DNA from: Eledone cirrhosa
Lineage: Eukaryota
Length of the DNA: 64,000 nt
Assembly (NCBI GenBank): GCA_964016885.1
Contig: OZ024746.1
Coordinates: 49,166,001-49,230,000 of the forward strand
Reading direction: 5' to 3'
In this document: in pieces, positions 15,258-29,122 of the stretch
How the letters are laid out: each line of letters starts with the position of its first letter
Position numbering within the stretch: position 1 is the stretch's first letter
Notes under the pieces: model-generated
Seen by the model: only the letters and a program-made list of their open reading frames with translations
What the model was told of the DNA's origin: nothing
Database searches by the model: none
Position numbers and translations under genes: made by a program

Positions 15258-15554
15258 GATTTCACTTGCATAAACATTGGTAACGTAAGTTTTTCAATGA
15301 TATATTAACTGGCCGACGTGTTGTTTCTTCTCTGCACAGCTGGCATATCATAGCTATATCATAGCTATCTCGGTATCCGGTGATAATACGAGACACGTGC
15401 TTGTAGAATTGTATCCGTCATCGATGACATTTATTCATTCGGTACAGAGAGAAACATAAGCTAAAAGCTTATCTGTGGTGAAGAAGCAGCACTCAAGTCT
15501 ACCAGCTGGTATATCACATAAGAATGTACATCACTACTGCTCAAACAATTGAAA

Positions 15555-15617
15555 ACTGTCTGAAGAGATCATATCTGAAAATTATATAACAGATACCATA
15601 GAAACACGTGTAGCAGT
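15555..15617 (+). ncRNA. Minimal hammerhead-like motif
   Basis: actgt CTGAAGA gatc.tatctg..cagata.cata GAAA cacgtg TA gcagt. Stem III is the palindrome ACACGTGT; the closing pair of stem II is mismatched. Confidence 0.6.
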
Positions 15618-16163
15618 GATTACGAATCTACTAACTCGCATGATGGACGAACCTCTTTTTCTCAGACTTTATTACTGAGATTAGTTTTCAGAGGAGTTTC
15701 TTAAATGTATTACCTCTGTCACTATTCCTGTGTGACATCTATTATCACTAGACTATCCTTTCATATCGTATGACGGACAGGCCTTGGGTATTATATATTA
15801 TCTGAAACCACTCTACTCTAAAATCTTCTTACGGTATAAGACACATATTCCACCATACGTCATTTCAAACACCTTCTTGACTCCTTTATATACTCTGTAG
15901 CTATCAATTTTTTTTTTTTGTCATTTTGTAATCAGATAAATGCTTTCTAAAATTCAAGCGCTGCATGTTCTTTACATGTTTTTGATGTTAGCACATTGGT
16001 GACACTTCACTCATCATTCTTAAGAGAACTGGCATTCAATAACAAGGTTTCGTTCCTTCGTAACCTTTCGTACCATAGCGTTATCCAGTGTATTTTAGAC
16101 GTAATCTATTTCTTTCCGTCTTGCTCACTTTCATGCTCTTTATATCTCTTACACTTTCTCTTT

Positions 16164-16249
<86 letters not shown>

Positions 16250-16251
16250 TG

Positions 16252-16338
<87 letters not shown>

Positions 16339-16558
16339 ATCTATCTGTCTTGGGATGGACACACGCGTGAAACTTGCTGAGTAAGTTCTGCTTAAATTTC
16401 TATAGAAATTCTTGACTGTAAACTTTCATTTTTGTACCATTTTGTAGAGGGACTGCCAGGTCAAATTTTGATCTGGTCAGTCTCTCAAAATATTCTACGC
16501 CTTTAGGCGAAATAGTTAACAAAAAGTTTTTTTTTTGAAAAGCTAACATTTTAAAAAA

Positions 16559-18376
16559 ATGGCTGAAGCTTCTTCACCAAAATTCGAAGGAAGAAAGGGG
16601 AAGATATACTTACAGCTTCCCCCTGCCACTGTCATAGTAGCAGATTTCAAAGACAAAGGTCACCCAGAGGAAGGATTTTCTCCACCTGCTGACCGACAAC
16701 TTGACGTTGCCATGGCAACAAACCAAACAACCAGCGGCACCAGCAACAACAACAACAACAATGCTACGAATGAAAATAACACCAACAACAATAACAATAA
16801 CAACAACAACAAGACCAATAACTGTGATAACAACAACAATGATAACAACAACACCACCAACTACAACAGCAACACAAACAAGGAAAAGGACTCCTTCGCT
16901 CAGACGGCAAGGAAAACTCTGGACTATCTGCCAGTAGATATAACCAAAGCGAAGGAGCTACTGGCAAATGCCAACAATTACATAATGTACGGGGAAAATG
17001 GATCATTTTCGATGCACTCCCCCCCCCCCGGAACTAAAAAGCCAGAGACTCCTAAACACTGTCATGTTTAGGACAGTCTAAAACAAAAGCAAAAAACCAG
17101 CTCAACCATCACAGAGTTAGATAGAGCTGGTTTTAAAAGATGTCATGAAAGACATCATATTCATTCAGAAGGATAGACTCTACGGGAGTCTATCCATTCT
17201 CATGAAGGACAGACACAGCAGTGAAACTGTCCATAAAACCAATTACATCCACCGCATACACCTTCTACCCTACGTACATGGGTAGAAGGACACACAAAAT
17301 AAAAATTCACACCATCCTGCCGATTATGGACATATGGTGGGTTTTAACAGGTTTCCTGAACCTAGACGATGACACACTAATATCCATGGGAAAGGCATCG
17401 GGTGACGCGTTCAGTTGAATGAGCCTCGAACAAGTATTTCAAATGAGGCCCGAAAGGATCACCCAGATCCCTGAACGCGTCATACTGGATGATCAAACGT
17501 TTATCAACATTACCGTTGAGGGTGGGCGGCCCTCGTGTTACCTCTGTGGAGCTAGAGGTCACCTGAGGTCTGGTGGTCACCTGAGGTCACCTGGTCCTCA
17601 ACTTAATAAGAAAACCCCAATCCTGCCTACACCACCAACAACTGCACAACCAACACAATCACCACAACCACCACTACAAAAACAACAACCACAGCTCAAA
17701 CCAAAACAAAACAATGTCCAACACATCCCCCCACTCAATAAAAACAATTTCCAAAACACCCGCACCGCAAACACAACCCGAAAATCTACCCCTCCCCTCC
17801 AACGCGGAAGATGACCCTCGTTCGTCGTCAGATGAGGAGGAGCACTTCCACACAATCAAAAGAAAAAAAGAAAACACACCTCAGACACACAAATGAAAGC
17901 AACCCCTCCCCAAAACATAACACTGACACCAACACAAAGAAGCACACAACAACAACAAACAAAAAACACCACACTAAAACAAAAACATGCATACACACAC
18001 ATAAACACAAGAAATAAAAAACTGCTAAACATTGTGTACAACAACAATTTAGTAAAAACCCAAGGGCCTAACTTCACCCAGGCAGGGGATTTCCCCCACC
18101 TCAAAATGATTTAGGCCCCAGAGGACACATATAAAACACTAAAAAACAACTTTAAAGAGGACGTGCCCCCCCCCCCCCCCCCTGCGTCGGGCCCATTAAC
18201 CGCGTCCTCCTAAAAAACTACCCCACGCCTCCCCAAACACCCACACAACTCCAAACACCCCAACCACACAACACACTGATGCCCCTACACTTCCACAAAC
18301 TACCCTTCCACCCAACAACCCATCCCCCACCCTCATGGAAATTGTGCAGCCCGATACCCGGGAGGCAGAGAGGTAA
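16559..18376 (+). pseudogene. ORF1 of copy E (Asn-rich N-terminus, CCHC knuckle disrupted by a short duplication)
   Basis: Pieces 16559-17071, 17221-17418 and 17419-17814 (CYLCGARGHL). The C-terminus MEIVQPDTREAER* ends at 18376. Confidence 0.85.
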
Positions 18377-18400
18377 GTGCCTTTTCTCTTCCCCACCAAC

Positions 18401-21400
18401 ATGGCTATGCTAAGAATAGGCTTTCTAAATGCGCGTGGCCTGGGCTCAACGTGGAAGCAAGCAATGCTTCTAAATGACCTCAGGTCACAACGTATAGATG
18501 TGATGGTTATTTGCGAGGCCCGGATCAGCAACGTGCGACAGCTGACCCCCACCTTTGATGACTTTGAGATGCACGCATCTCTCTGTCAGCCCGGAGGTGG
18601 GGGTGGGGTTGTCGTTCTGCTGCAAAAACATCTGGGTCTCGCAACACAGACGGTACAATTAGACCCGGAGGGTCGACTAGTGGTTCTGGACCTTGGCAGT
18701 GGTGAAGGCGGAGCGTTTAGGTTGGTAGCCGTCTACGGCCCTTTCGGGTCAATGCGGCCAGACTTCTTCCATCGTCTGGAGACTTTTCTAGGGACTCCCG
18801 CTCCTTGCTATTAGTGGGGGACTGGAATGGTATCCTAGATGCACGCTGGGACTACGTAGGGGCATGTCCCGATAAAGAGGGGTGTAATAGCCTCAAAGGG
18901 TTAATCGGTCGATTTGACCTGGCCGATAGATATCGACTAGATTTTCCGATTGCGCCAACCTGGACTTGGGCAAACCGTAGCGGATCATCTAGGTCGTACC
19001 TAGATAGGTTCTTAGTTAGAAATAAGGATAAGTACTTTTTAAGTTGTCCAAAAATGGTTGGCTATTCAGACCACAAGTTAGTGACGTGCATGGTCAACCT
19101 TGACAGAACGCAGAGACAGGGACCCGGTTACTGGAAGCTCAACTTGTCCTTACCGGCAAGTAAGGCTTACAGAAACCGGATTAGCACTTTAGTTAAGGAG
19201 CGGTTGACGGGCGCCATCGTCAACAGCAGGTGGTGGGGATCTCTCAAAAGAGAGATTAGAGTAGTCTCTATAGAATTTAGTAAGGAGTTAGCCTCAAATA
19301 GAAATAGGAAAGGGAGTTGGTAGATAGTGTAGAAGAGGCAATTAGAAGCGGCGACGTGGCCAGAGTGCTAGCGTCGAGAACGGCCCTCGGCCAGTTCTTC
19401 GACACGAAACACGAAGGCTGCATCGTCCGAAGCAAAATACGTGCTCTGGGAAACGAGGGGACTAAAGCTGTTAGCTGGGCCCGCGTGACAGAAGCCAAAA
19501 GAGGGAGTAGATCCACTATCCGGTCTTTGCTAGACCAGGATGGACGGGTGATCCTTGAACCCAAGCAGATGTGCGAGGCTTTTCAAAAGCACTTTGCCAG
19601 ATTATTCGGAAGGGGCGGGGAGCCGGTTAGGGAAGTGGACTACGGTCCATACCTCGACGGCCTGCCGCGTCTCTCGGACAGAGAGGCGAAGTCTTGCGAG
19701 GAGCCGATTTCAGCGGCTGAGATAGAGGACGTGCTGTGTCAATGCGGCAAACGCAAATTCCCGGGTCTCGATGGTCTTCCATACGAACTATATTTAGCTA
19801 TGCCGGACTTGTTCCCCGATCTTCTCGAGGCGGTCTACTGCAACTGGCAACGGAACGGGAGAATTCCCTGTGCTGTGACCAAGGGCGTAGTCACGCTAGT
19901 GAGGAAGGACGAGAACAAGGAGGACGATATAAATAATTTCCGGCCCATAACTCTGCTAAATACAGAGTTACAGATTTTGGCCAAGGTGCTAGCAAAGAGG
20001 TTGGCGCTTGTCGTGGCCAACCTGGTGGGAGATGCGCAGACATGTGCTATCCCGTCCAGGTCCATCCACGGCAACTCCACCTCATGCGATACATCATAGA
20101 GAGGGTTGGGAACGAACCCGGCTTTGGTGGAGCCCTGATCAACTTGGATCAATCTAAGGCGTTCGATAGGGTCGTCCATGGTTACATGGATGCGGTGCTA
20201 GCGGCGGCAGGCTTCGGACCTGTTTTCAGGGGCTGGATCAATGCCATGCACAGCAGCTGCATCTGCTCTAGGGTCAAGGTGAACGGCTACCTCTCGGAGC
20301 CCTTCGAAATCGCGCGGTCCATCCGACAAGGGTGCCCTCTCTCCTCCCTTCTGTATGTAATGACTCTAGAGCCACTGCTGCAGAAGTTGGAGTTGTTGCA
20401 GGGCATCCCGTTGGAACCGGGATTGCGGAAAGCAGTGTCGGCCTACGCCGATGACGTAACAGTAATGGTGTCGACGACCTCGGAAATCGGGGTGAATGGC
20501 ACCTTACTGGAGGAGTATGAAAGGTTTACAGGGGCTAAGCTGAATCGGGACAAGTCGATCGGTCTGCAACTCGGCACGTGGGGGTGGAAGATCGATGCCC
20601 TCCGATGACGTCGTCGGGCGCTGGACGGAGGGCCCGGTGAAGTTGCTCGGGGTCTGGTTCGGACCAGACCTCCAGGTGGAGAAGAACCGGGATGAGGTAA
20701 CGAACAGGGTGTTTGCACTGACCCAGAAGCGGGCCGAGTGCAAACTGTCCCTGAAAGGTCGGGCGGAGGTGACGAACACTTATATAGCGTCCGTCATCTA
20801 CTACCGCCTGACCGTTGTGCCTTGCCCCAGGGAAACGCTCGCCAAAATGGAGCGCGCACTCTTCCAATTCCTTTGGAAGAAGCGGGCTCCTATGGTGAGG
20901 AGATCCATCTGCTGTCAACACCCTTCCAAAGGAGGGCTGGGATGCCGTGGTTAATGATACGTAAACACGCATTAAGGCTACGGCACCTCCAGGTATTCCT
21001 CACCGGTCAACCGGTGTGGGCCCCCTTTGTGAGGCGAGCCTTTCCCAAACTCGTCTCACTCACCGAGCTGCAATCCTGGGTCAAGCAAAGACCGAGAAAA
21101 CTGGGCGCCTGGCACACCGAGTGTGCCCAGGCGCTCACGGCTCTCTGGCAGGCGGACCCGGCTGTCAGTGGAGAATCCACCTCGTCATTCTATAGAGGGC
21201 TGGTGGTTAGCAGGTGCGTCGACGCCCTCGGAGAAGCCCTAGGCATGGAGGAAGACGAACTGGCCAACCTGTTCGGTAGGACATTCAGCCCGGGACCCAT
21301 GGATAACTTCCAGAGGTCCCTGGCCTGGCAGTGCTACCGAGGGGCTCTGCCCGTTCGAGAAAGGCTCTACAGACACGGGCGCCCGAGTAGGGACCCCTCG

Positions 21401-21826
21401 AAAAAGATCTGTCCCAGATGCGTGTGCGACGAGGAAACCGTTGCACACGCATTGGTACACTGCTCGAGCATTGCCGATCTGTGAGGCTATGTCGAACAAT
21501 TGATGTCAAGGGTGGCACCGATCCGGTTGACCACCCAGTCTATTGTAACGATCAAGCCGCCTCCCCTCTTCAAAAACGAAGGAGAGGCGGTGTTTCTGTG
21601 CGTAATAGCCATGGCGAAAGAGGTTGTATGGTGGACGCGTCTGAAAGGACTGAGGTCAGACACCCTTCTCTCTGGCCAACAACTGGTCCATTTCTTCCGA
21701 TATCATTTCGGAAGAAGGGTCAGGATGGAGAGAGAGGTGTTGCACCCCAGCCGTTTTTATGAAAGATGGGTGAAAGTGGCGAGAATGGCCCGTGTGAATG
21801 GGCCTTCACTCTACATCAGACTATAG
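18401..21826 (+). pseudogene. ORF2 (APE-RT) of copy E, multiple frameshifts and one stop
   Basis: ATG at 18401 in ccaacATGG context. APE and RT motifs run across 18377-21826. Confidence 0.92.
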
Positions 21827-22442
21827 GTGAGGAAGATGAAAGATCAAAGGAGCACCCCCTCTCTGTGCTCCTGACGAGAAGGGTTGCACACTTTTTTTCG
21901 GGTGTGTGTGCGACCCCCCAAGGCGCCTCCTCCCTATTGAGGATTTTGTTATAAAATTTATTTTGTTATATTTTATTTTATTTTTATATTTTGTTATTGC
22001 CTCCTCCTTATTGAGGACGCCTTTTTATGTAAACGCCCCCATTGTACTTTTTGATGCCCTGGTGGCAAATAAAAAGAAATTTATCTATCTATCTATTTAT
22101 CTCTTTCTCTCTCTTCACACGGCCACTATTACTATTGACTACTTTCTTTCAGAGCTTCAAAAGCATGTTCGTACACCTCCCGTTTCCTGGATCATAACGT
22201 GCAGTAGAAATGTCAACGTTTGCCACGGATTTATATATCATTCAATACTGAAAGTAAGAGAAATTTGTCCTTCAACTAAATTTTGCTACTGAATACTTTC
22301 ATGCAATAATTGATAGTTAATATAACTATTAATAATTCTAGGATTGCATCCAAAATACTAACAAGTCAAATATGTAAAATTCCAGAGCAGACACAGATAT
22401 TCGCTTCAATACAACACACGTAAATGGGTACCTTCAATCTAT

Positions 22443-22556
22443 ACCCGTACTCAAGTTTTCGGTCACACGTAATGCAGCAATATAGTGCACCGCATCCACT
22501 GCCTGCATTTATTATGCAACACTGCACCATCGGTACATGTGGCTTCATCAGCGGGT
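22443..22556 (-). ncRNA. Degenerate hammerhead-like motif with long stem II
   Basis: Minus strand reads acccg CTGATGA agc cacatgta...tacgtgtg acc GAAA acttgag TA cgggt. Confidence 0.55.
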
Positions 22557-23279
22557 TTCGCTTAATCAATAACCAATCGATAGACATATATATGTGTGTA
22601 TGTGCGTGTGTGTGTGTGTGTAAATACTAAATTGTTCTTTAAGTAGCTGAGATATACGATAAATACTTATATGTTGAACCTCAATGAACTGGAGTTTCCA
22701 ATTTGCATATAATTAGAGCATTACGCTCGTTGATAATTGAATTTTACACATTTCTCTGTGGACCAGAGAAATGTGTAAGAGAAATGAAATAAGAGGGAAA
22801 CATGCCAATATAGTTATTCAAACATTTCCCAAGCTTCGATTATATCTTGTATTGTTCCTTACATATATACATATACTTCAACTGCTTAGTGCTTAATTGA
22901 ATATCTAATTGCATTACTTTCCAATGCAAGCATTAATAATATGAATTAATTATATGCATACTAATATGTTAACTACCCTGTTTGAAAGGCGAATACAATA
23001 TTTAGTAACATATTTCTCAATTAACGTATTTCTCTGATGATGATACAACTAGATTTGAAACTTGAATCATGTTTGTTCAGCCTTCTTTCGGTCCGCAGAA
23101 AAATTCTTGTCGGTGAAATCGGAATTATTCTTGGCAGTACATGTACTTACACAATTACTCAACTCGGATCATATTGTGTGACCGTTCTGTACAAATATCT
23201 ATTTATTATATATCTCGACTCTTCAGTGCGCAATTCAATATCTAATTTATTATTGCTATTATTATTGTTACTATTAAAA

Positions 23280-23495
23280 GGGCGGTGGATTAGCAGTATC
23301 TGTAAAGAGTCGGACGCCATGCTTTGCAGCATAGAGTTACGGTCCTTTACGGTCTGAGTTAAAATCCAGCCGAGGTTAACTTTGCCATTCATACTTACAG
23401 GGTCGATAAAATAAAGCACCAATAACGTACTGGGGTCGATTTAATCGCCTTTCTCCTCATCAAAATTGCTGGCCTTGTGCCTATACGTGAAATCA
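23280..23495 (+). mobile_element. tRNA-derived SINE with a Meta-like central domain; a partial second head lies at ~23515-23610
   Basis: A-box-like start, B-box-like tgagttaaaatcc, and core gccgaggttaactttgcc..ggtcgataaaataaag. The family recurs throughout the window. Confidence 0.75.
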
Positions 23496-24214
23496 TTATT
23501 ATTGTTACTATTATGGTAGATTTGCAGTATCGGTGGAGCGTCGGTAAAAATACTCTGAAGTAATTGGTTATGGCCCTTACGCTCTGAGTTCAAATCCTGT
23601 CGAGACAGCCCGTATCATATCAGAGAGAATAAAGGAACACTGGTACTAACTTACGGAGGATAAAAGATCATCAGTGTTAAACTAACATATCAACCTGTAA
23701 CAAGGGGTATCAATAGATAACATAGAAATAAAGAACCTATCCACTCATAGAACTGATGCAGCACTAAGACAAATTACTGAGGCCACTTAGATAATAGAAG
23801 ATAAACCTAACCTGAACAGAAAACATAAGTGGCATAGTAACAGTCCACAACCTAACGACTGCAGGCAGAATAGGGGGAAAGACACAAACAGTGAAAGATA
23901 CAAACCCCCCACACACAGAAAAGAGGCACATAGACATGCCAAACACGAAGACGCATCCACGGGGGAAGGCGCAAATGCATGCGCAGACACAAATCACGAA
24001 ACATACACCACAAAACAAAAGACAAGATGGAGTAGCTGATGAACACAAGAAAGAAGAGGGGGTACAAAAAAGAACAGATAGTCATTGAGGAGGTCACACA
24101 ATGAGTGACAAAAGAACTTCGAAGGAGTAACGTATAGCTGAAGTGAAAACCATATGGAACGTGTGTTTCTTCTTATTGACAATGCTAGCAACATGAGTAT
24201 CCACAAATATAACA

Positions 24215-24306
<92 letters not shown>

Positions 24307-24359
24307 TGAGAGTAATTGAAGTCAGATTTGCTGCTTGTGTAGAAACTTTATTTGCATAT

Positions 24360-24426
<67 letters not shown>

Positions 24427-25150
24427 ATGTGTGTGTGTTTGTGTGTACGTGTGTACGTGTGTGTGTGTGTGTGTGTGAGCGAGAGAGGAAGCAAGAAAGC
24501 AAGAGAGAAAGGAGACAAAGATGTGGGTATGAGAAAGAGAAAAACAAACCGTCTCAGCCATGTAGACAGATTGATAAGATGTTAGATATTTTTGTGCGGA
24601 TCACTAAATATGCACAGAAATTATTTAGACATAACATTGATCAAAACATTAGATATGCAGAGAGTTTATTGTGTGTAGTGTTTATAGTATTCTGTAACGA
24701 GGATTACAAATTCATACATAAAGATTTCGTGCAACAAATCTTGTTTGGTCAAATTTACTTATAAGTAGGAAGAAAGGTAATTCGCGATTTCTTTCAGACG
24801 TACTCATGAATGCACTAGGTCAAACATGGCTGCTTGCACGAAACATTACAGAGTGGGTTACTAATACTGCACCTAGGCAAATAACCACTCGTTCATACAC
24901 AAACGTACGAATACGTAAATAGATAAGTGGGTAGAGAGAATGTGTACTTATATGATATATATGCAACTTAGTTATTCAGAATGATTACAATTTGATTCTA
25001 TTTTGATGTAGTTTATTTGCATATATATCTATATAAATATATCGGTTTATATCATATGAAGTGTATGTTATCCAAGTACGCCTGCAATGTGTATGTGTGT
25101 GTAGGTGTTTGTATATGCCCACGAACATTTTATATTTTGCGTAAATATGC

Positions 25151-25254
<104 letters not shown>

Positions 25255-25263
25255 ATGTGCGTG

Positions 25264-25310
<47 letters not shown>

Positions 25311-25339
25311 TTATATATAGTGAGGTTTGCTTGTCTACG

Positions 25340-25715
25340 GCCTCTCTATTTACGTTTTTCAGTTATAGTCCATTGAAGGGTTTTTCTTACCATCGTTTTA
25401 GTGTGGTATTCTGAAGGTATGTTTTCAATTCAAATTTTATGCTGCATCTTTTTGTTTTCATTTTCCTCGCAATTATTTGTCAATCCAGCTTCTGTTTTGA
25501 ATGTGTTGGTTTCTTTGAATGCAGAAAATAATTTGTTGTTTTGTTTATTATTCGTGGCTATTTGTATCAATTATCCTTTGTTCTTCATTAGATATTTTAT
25601 GTAGTCCTAGAGTAGTTATTTTATGATAATCTTCTAGTTGCCTAAAGCCCCTTCTTCGTGATAGGTATAATCTTTCTACGCCTGATTCTGAATTGTCTAT
25701 TCCTAAATGTATCAT
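25340..25715 (-). mobile_element. Degraded internal fragment of an R4/Dong-like element
   Basis: The minus-strand remnant SGVERLYLSRRRG..QLE..K.TTLGL resembles the post-RT RLYL.R..GGRGL motif. Confidence 0.45.
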
Positions 25716-27769
25716 AAATAAAATATAGAGAGAAATATATATACATATAAAGTCAATAGATACACAAATAAATAAAAGTATTTCCCATTATTTATCGAGA
25801 AACAATATGTAAGTCTCACTAATTCCCAGTTAAACAGAACACGAAAGCTGCTCTTTATAACAATCACAATGCAGAGAATAGCACTAAATACAAACTCCAA
25901 ATTATTTAAAACCTTCATTTCCCTCTATAAATTACATCCCATCAGAGAAACTATTTGTATATTTATTTATACATTCTTTCAGTAATTCACTCGTCATAAT
26001 ATCACTTCAAATATCTTATTTTAAGATTTTCTTCGTTCCAATCTGTGAGAAAATGACTGCAGACATGTGTACATGTGTGAATCCCCTTGTATGTTCACAT
26101 ACTTCATCTGTAACAAAACTCTATAACAGTTAACAACTCTAATATCTTGAGATGGCTATTTGTGAGATCAAGAGCTCCTGTGTGTCATTCATAAATTAGT
26201 TAAATATCAGAAATAAAATGGCTATAACTTATAATCTTAACAAAGACGTGGAGTTGGCTTCCTATGAAGATTATTTGTCCAAAACGTCAATCATTCTTTT
26301 CAAAGAACATGATTTTAGATAATATATAAATTTGTCTTATGAGATGTCGTTACGTCCAAGTTTTATTGAACAGCAATTAGATACGTAAACATGAAGTGAA
26401 ATAGCTGAAGCCACGAATTGACATGGAATTGTGAGTTGTTTAACTGATCTGTCTAGTGGGAAAACCCCATTATCTCAGATATCTAAAAGGATTTTTTAGT
26501 TATATCCATATTCATGCATTCATACAAAAAAGGACTGAGATACGTAGTAACCATGTCTTGATGTTTGAAACCTGCTCAGTCTTGATGATAGAATTGACTG
26601 ATTGTGAAAGGCAGGACAATCTCGTCTTTTTATGAGTATGTAAGCTTATATTATCAATTATGTCTTGTCCTTATATAAGAAATGTAGGATGTGATTTGAG
26701 GGTGATTTAGCTGTTGTTTAGCATGTTAAGTGACCTCGTAAGAACTCATCCCGAGTGCTTGCCCATGCTTTAGCTGGTAGAGGAGAATGAACGGAATAGA
26801 TATTAATCAGTAATCGAAGCTGAGTCGCGATATACTTAGCTCCCGTTCTACAGAACCCCAACTTGATTACATATGATAAATTCGATCAGTCGAGAATTGT
26901 TCTAACATAAACAGTAATCTTTCTCCTACTATCCTTATCGATTCTCCTGAGTTACATGTAATGAAATAATGTTTTCATAGATTTGACACTAAAAACAAGA
27001 ATGTACCATTTTCTATTCTATTCCCTTTCACTAACATATGGTAATTCTCATAGACTTCGTTACCTCGGGATTCATCTTTATTTAATTGTTTTATTGAGCG
27101 ACATTTTTTTTTTTTTTTTACTAAATTTGGTTTTTCCTACCTCCAGCGAAACGTTCACTTGAATTTAAAAAAAACTTCTTGCATTGATCAAAAGTAATAG
27201 CATTGCCAAGAATATTGTCTATTAAAGTTTCGCAACAGACAATTGATTTAACATCAGTGTAGTGGACTGAGTTATATGTTTACATATTGAGTGTGTAAGG
27301 AGTGTGTATGTGTTAGTTAATTTGTGGTTGAACGTAGACTAAATTGAAAGATGTTTAATGAAAAGAAGATGGCCGACGATGATATTTTTAAAATATGATA
27401 GAGGTCTATAATGAAATGTAAGATATTGTTATATGATGAAACAAGAGAATGGAATGAATTTATAATAACAGTATGAGGAACTAATATTGCAGAACAGTAA
27501 TGATTGACTACAGTGAAATTATAAGGTAAAAATAAAGTAAATCTAAGTTAGTCAAATATAAGAAAACTAATATATATCGGAAAAGATAAATAATTATTGT
27601 TTGAAGACACTTGAAACATATCGATTTTTCGTTTATGCACACATCTCAAAACGTGCGTAGTCGATAGTGTATCTGAATATGAGCCTACTCGTCGGTGGGT
27701 TGTGTATAATATATATAAGGGAAGCACTTCACTCTCGCTTAATCCACCTGAGTATACATCGACATGATA

Positions 27770-28138
27770 GTAATCCGGCAGAGACCCAGGGGTAGATCCC
27801 GAGCAAGATGGTTGCATAATATCCATGAGCTTGAATAATCTCGCTTGTGGATCCACAATTGGAGACGCCGTTGCTTCTGACAGGACACGCTGGAAGAAAT
27901 GATTGAGGACTCTTCCCCCATGACCCTCTCAAGAAGAAGAAGAAGAAGAAGAAGAAGAAGAAGAAGAAGAAGAAGAAGAAGAAGAAGAAGAAGAAGAAGA
28001 AGAAGAAGAAGAAGAAGAAGAAGAAGAAGAGGAGGATGAGGAGGGGGGGAGGAGGAGGAGGAGAAGAAGAAGAAGAAGAAGAAGAAGAAGAAGAAGAAGA
28101 AGAAGAAGAAGAAGAAGAAGAAGAAGAAGAAGAAGAAG

Positions 28139-28167
<29 letters not shown>
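27770..28167 (+). mobile_element. Second RTE-clade 3' end with a (GAA)n/(GGA)n tail
   Basis: RPRGRSRARWLHNIHEL and a gaccctctca 3' end are homologous to 13710-13900 (minus). Confidence 0.7.
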
Positions 28168-28169
<2 letters not shown>

Positions 28170-28559
28170 GTGTTTGATAACTGTAGAGGATATTTACTGT
28201 ATCAATAACTATTAGATATTCGGTCGTAATTGTGTTTAAACTGAGGTTAGATAACTCTGTATTTCCATAGTTAAGCTGATATATTACTGTAGGCTAGAAT
28301 CATCATATATCTACGATCTGTCAACTTAGATATTTCAATATCCTTTTACAAGAAATTGATGTCCAATTACTGATATGACAGACATTTTGCAGATCCTCGA
28401 AGACTTCTACAAACTATTACTGAATACTTTATTCACTCCCCTCCGTCCAATTATTAGAAAATAAAAGTCACGAATTCCTGATTTATTACAGTAGATTCTC
28501 CATAAAGAATAAGCTATGGAAAATAAACCTTACGAAACATTCCAATTCTGCAAGCAAAG

Positions 28560-28613
<54 letters not shown>

Positions 28614-28682
28614 AAAAAGGGATGAAATCGAAAATGCAACTGAAGTCTTATTTTTTTTAAAAATATATATATTTATTTGGTT

Positions 28683-28720
28683 CCTTTACCGGTTTCGCAG
28701 TTCTTCTGCTTTTCAAAAGG
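28683..28720 (-). ncRNA. Minimal hammerhead ribozyme with U3-A8 core variant
   Basis: Minus strand reads cctt TTGAAAA gcag aagaa ctgc GAAA ccgg TA aagg. It sits in a ~150-bp island with (TA)n on both sides. Confidence 0.7.
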
Positions 28721-28761
28721 TGAGTTGAGATGGAGGGTCTGTGGTTTTTCTCACATCTGAG

Positions 28762-29027
<266 letters not shown>

Positions 29028-29058
29028 TCCACCTGGTTCCTTACCACATTTCCCTTCG

Positions 29059-29118
<60 letters not shown>

Positions 29119-29122
<4 letters not shown>

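Larger units (their letters stand above)
16346..22080 (+). mobile_element. Tx1-like copy E, apparently full length, disrupted
   Basis: Preceded by (TCTA)n at 16252-16345 and followed by a degenerate (TCTA)n at ~22082-22102. ORF1 and ORF2 fragments are collinear with C. Confidence 0.93.
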
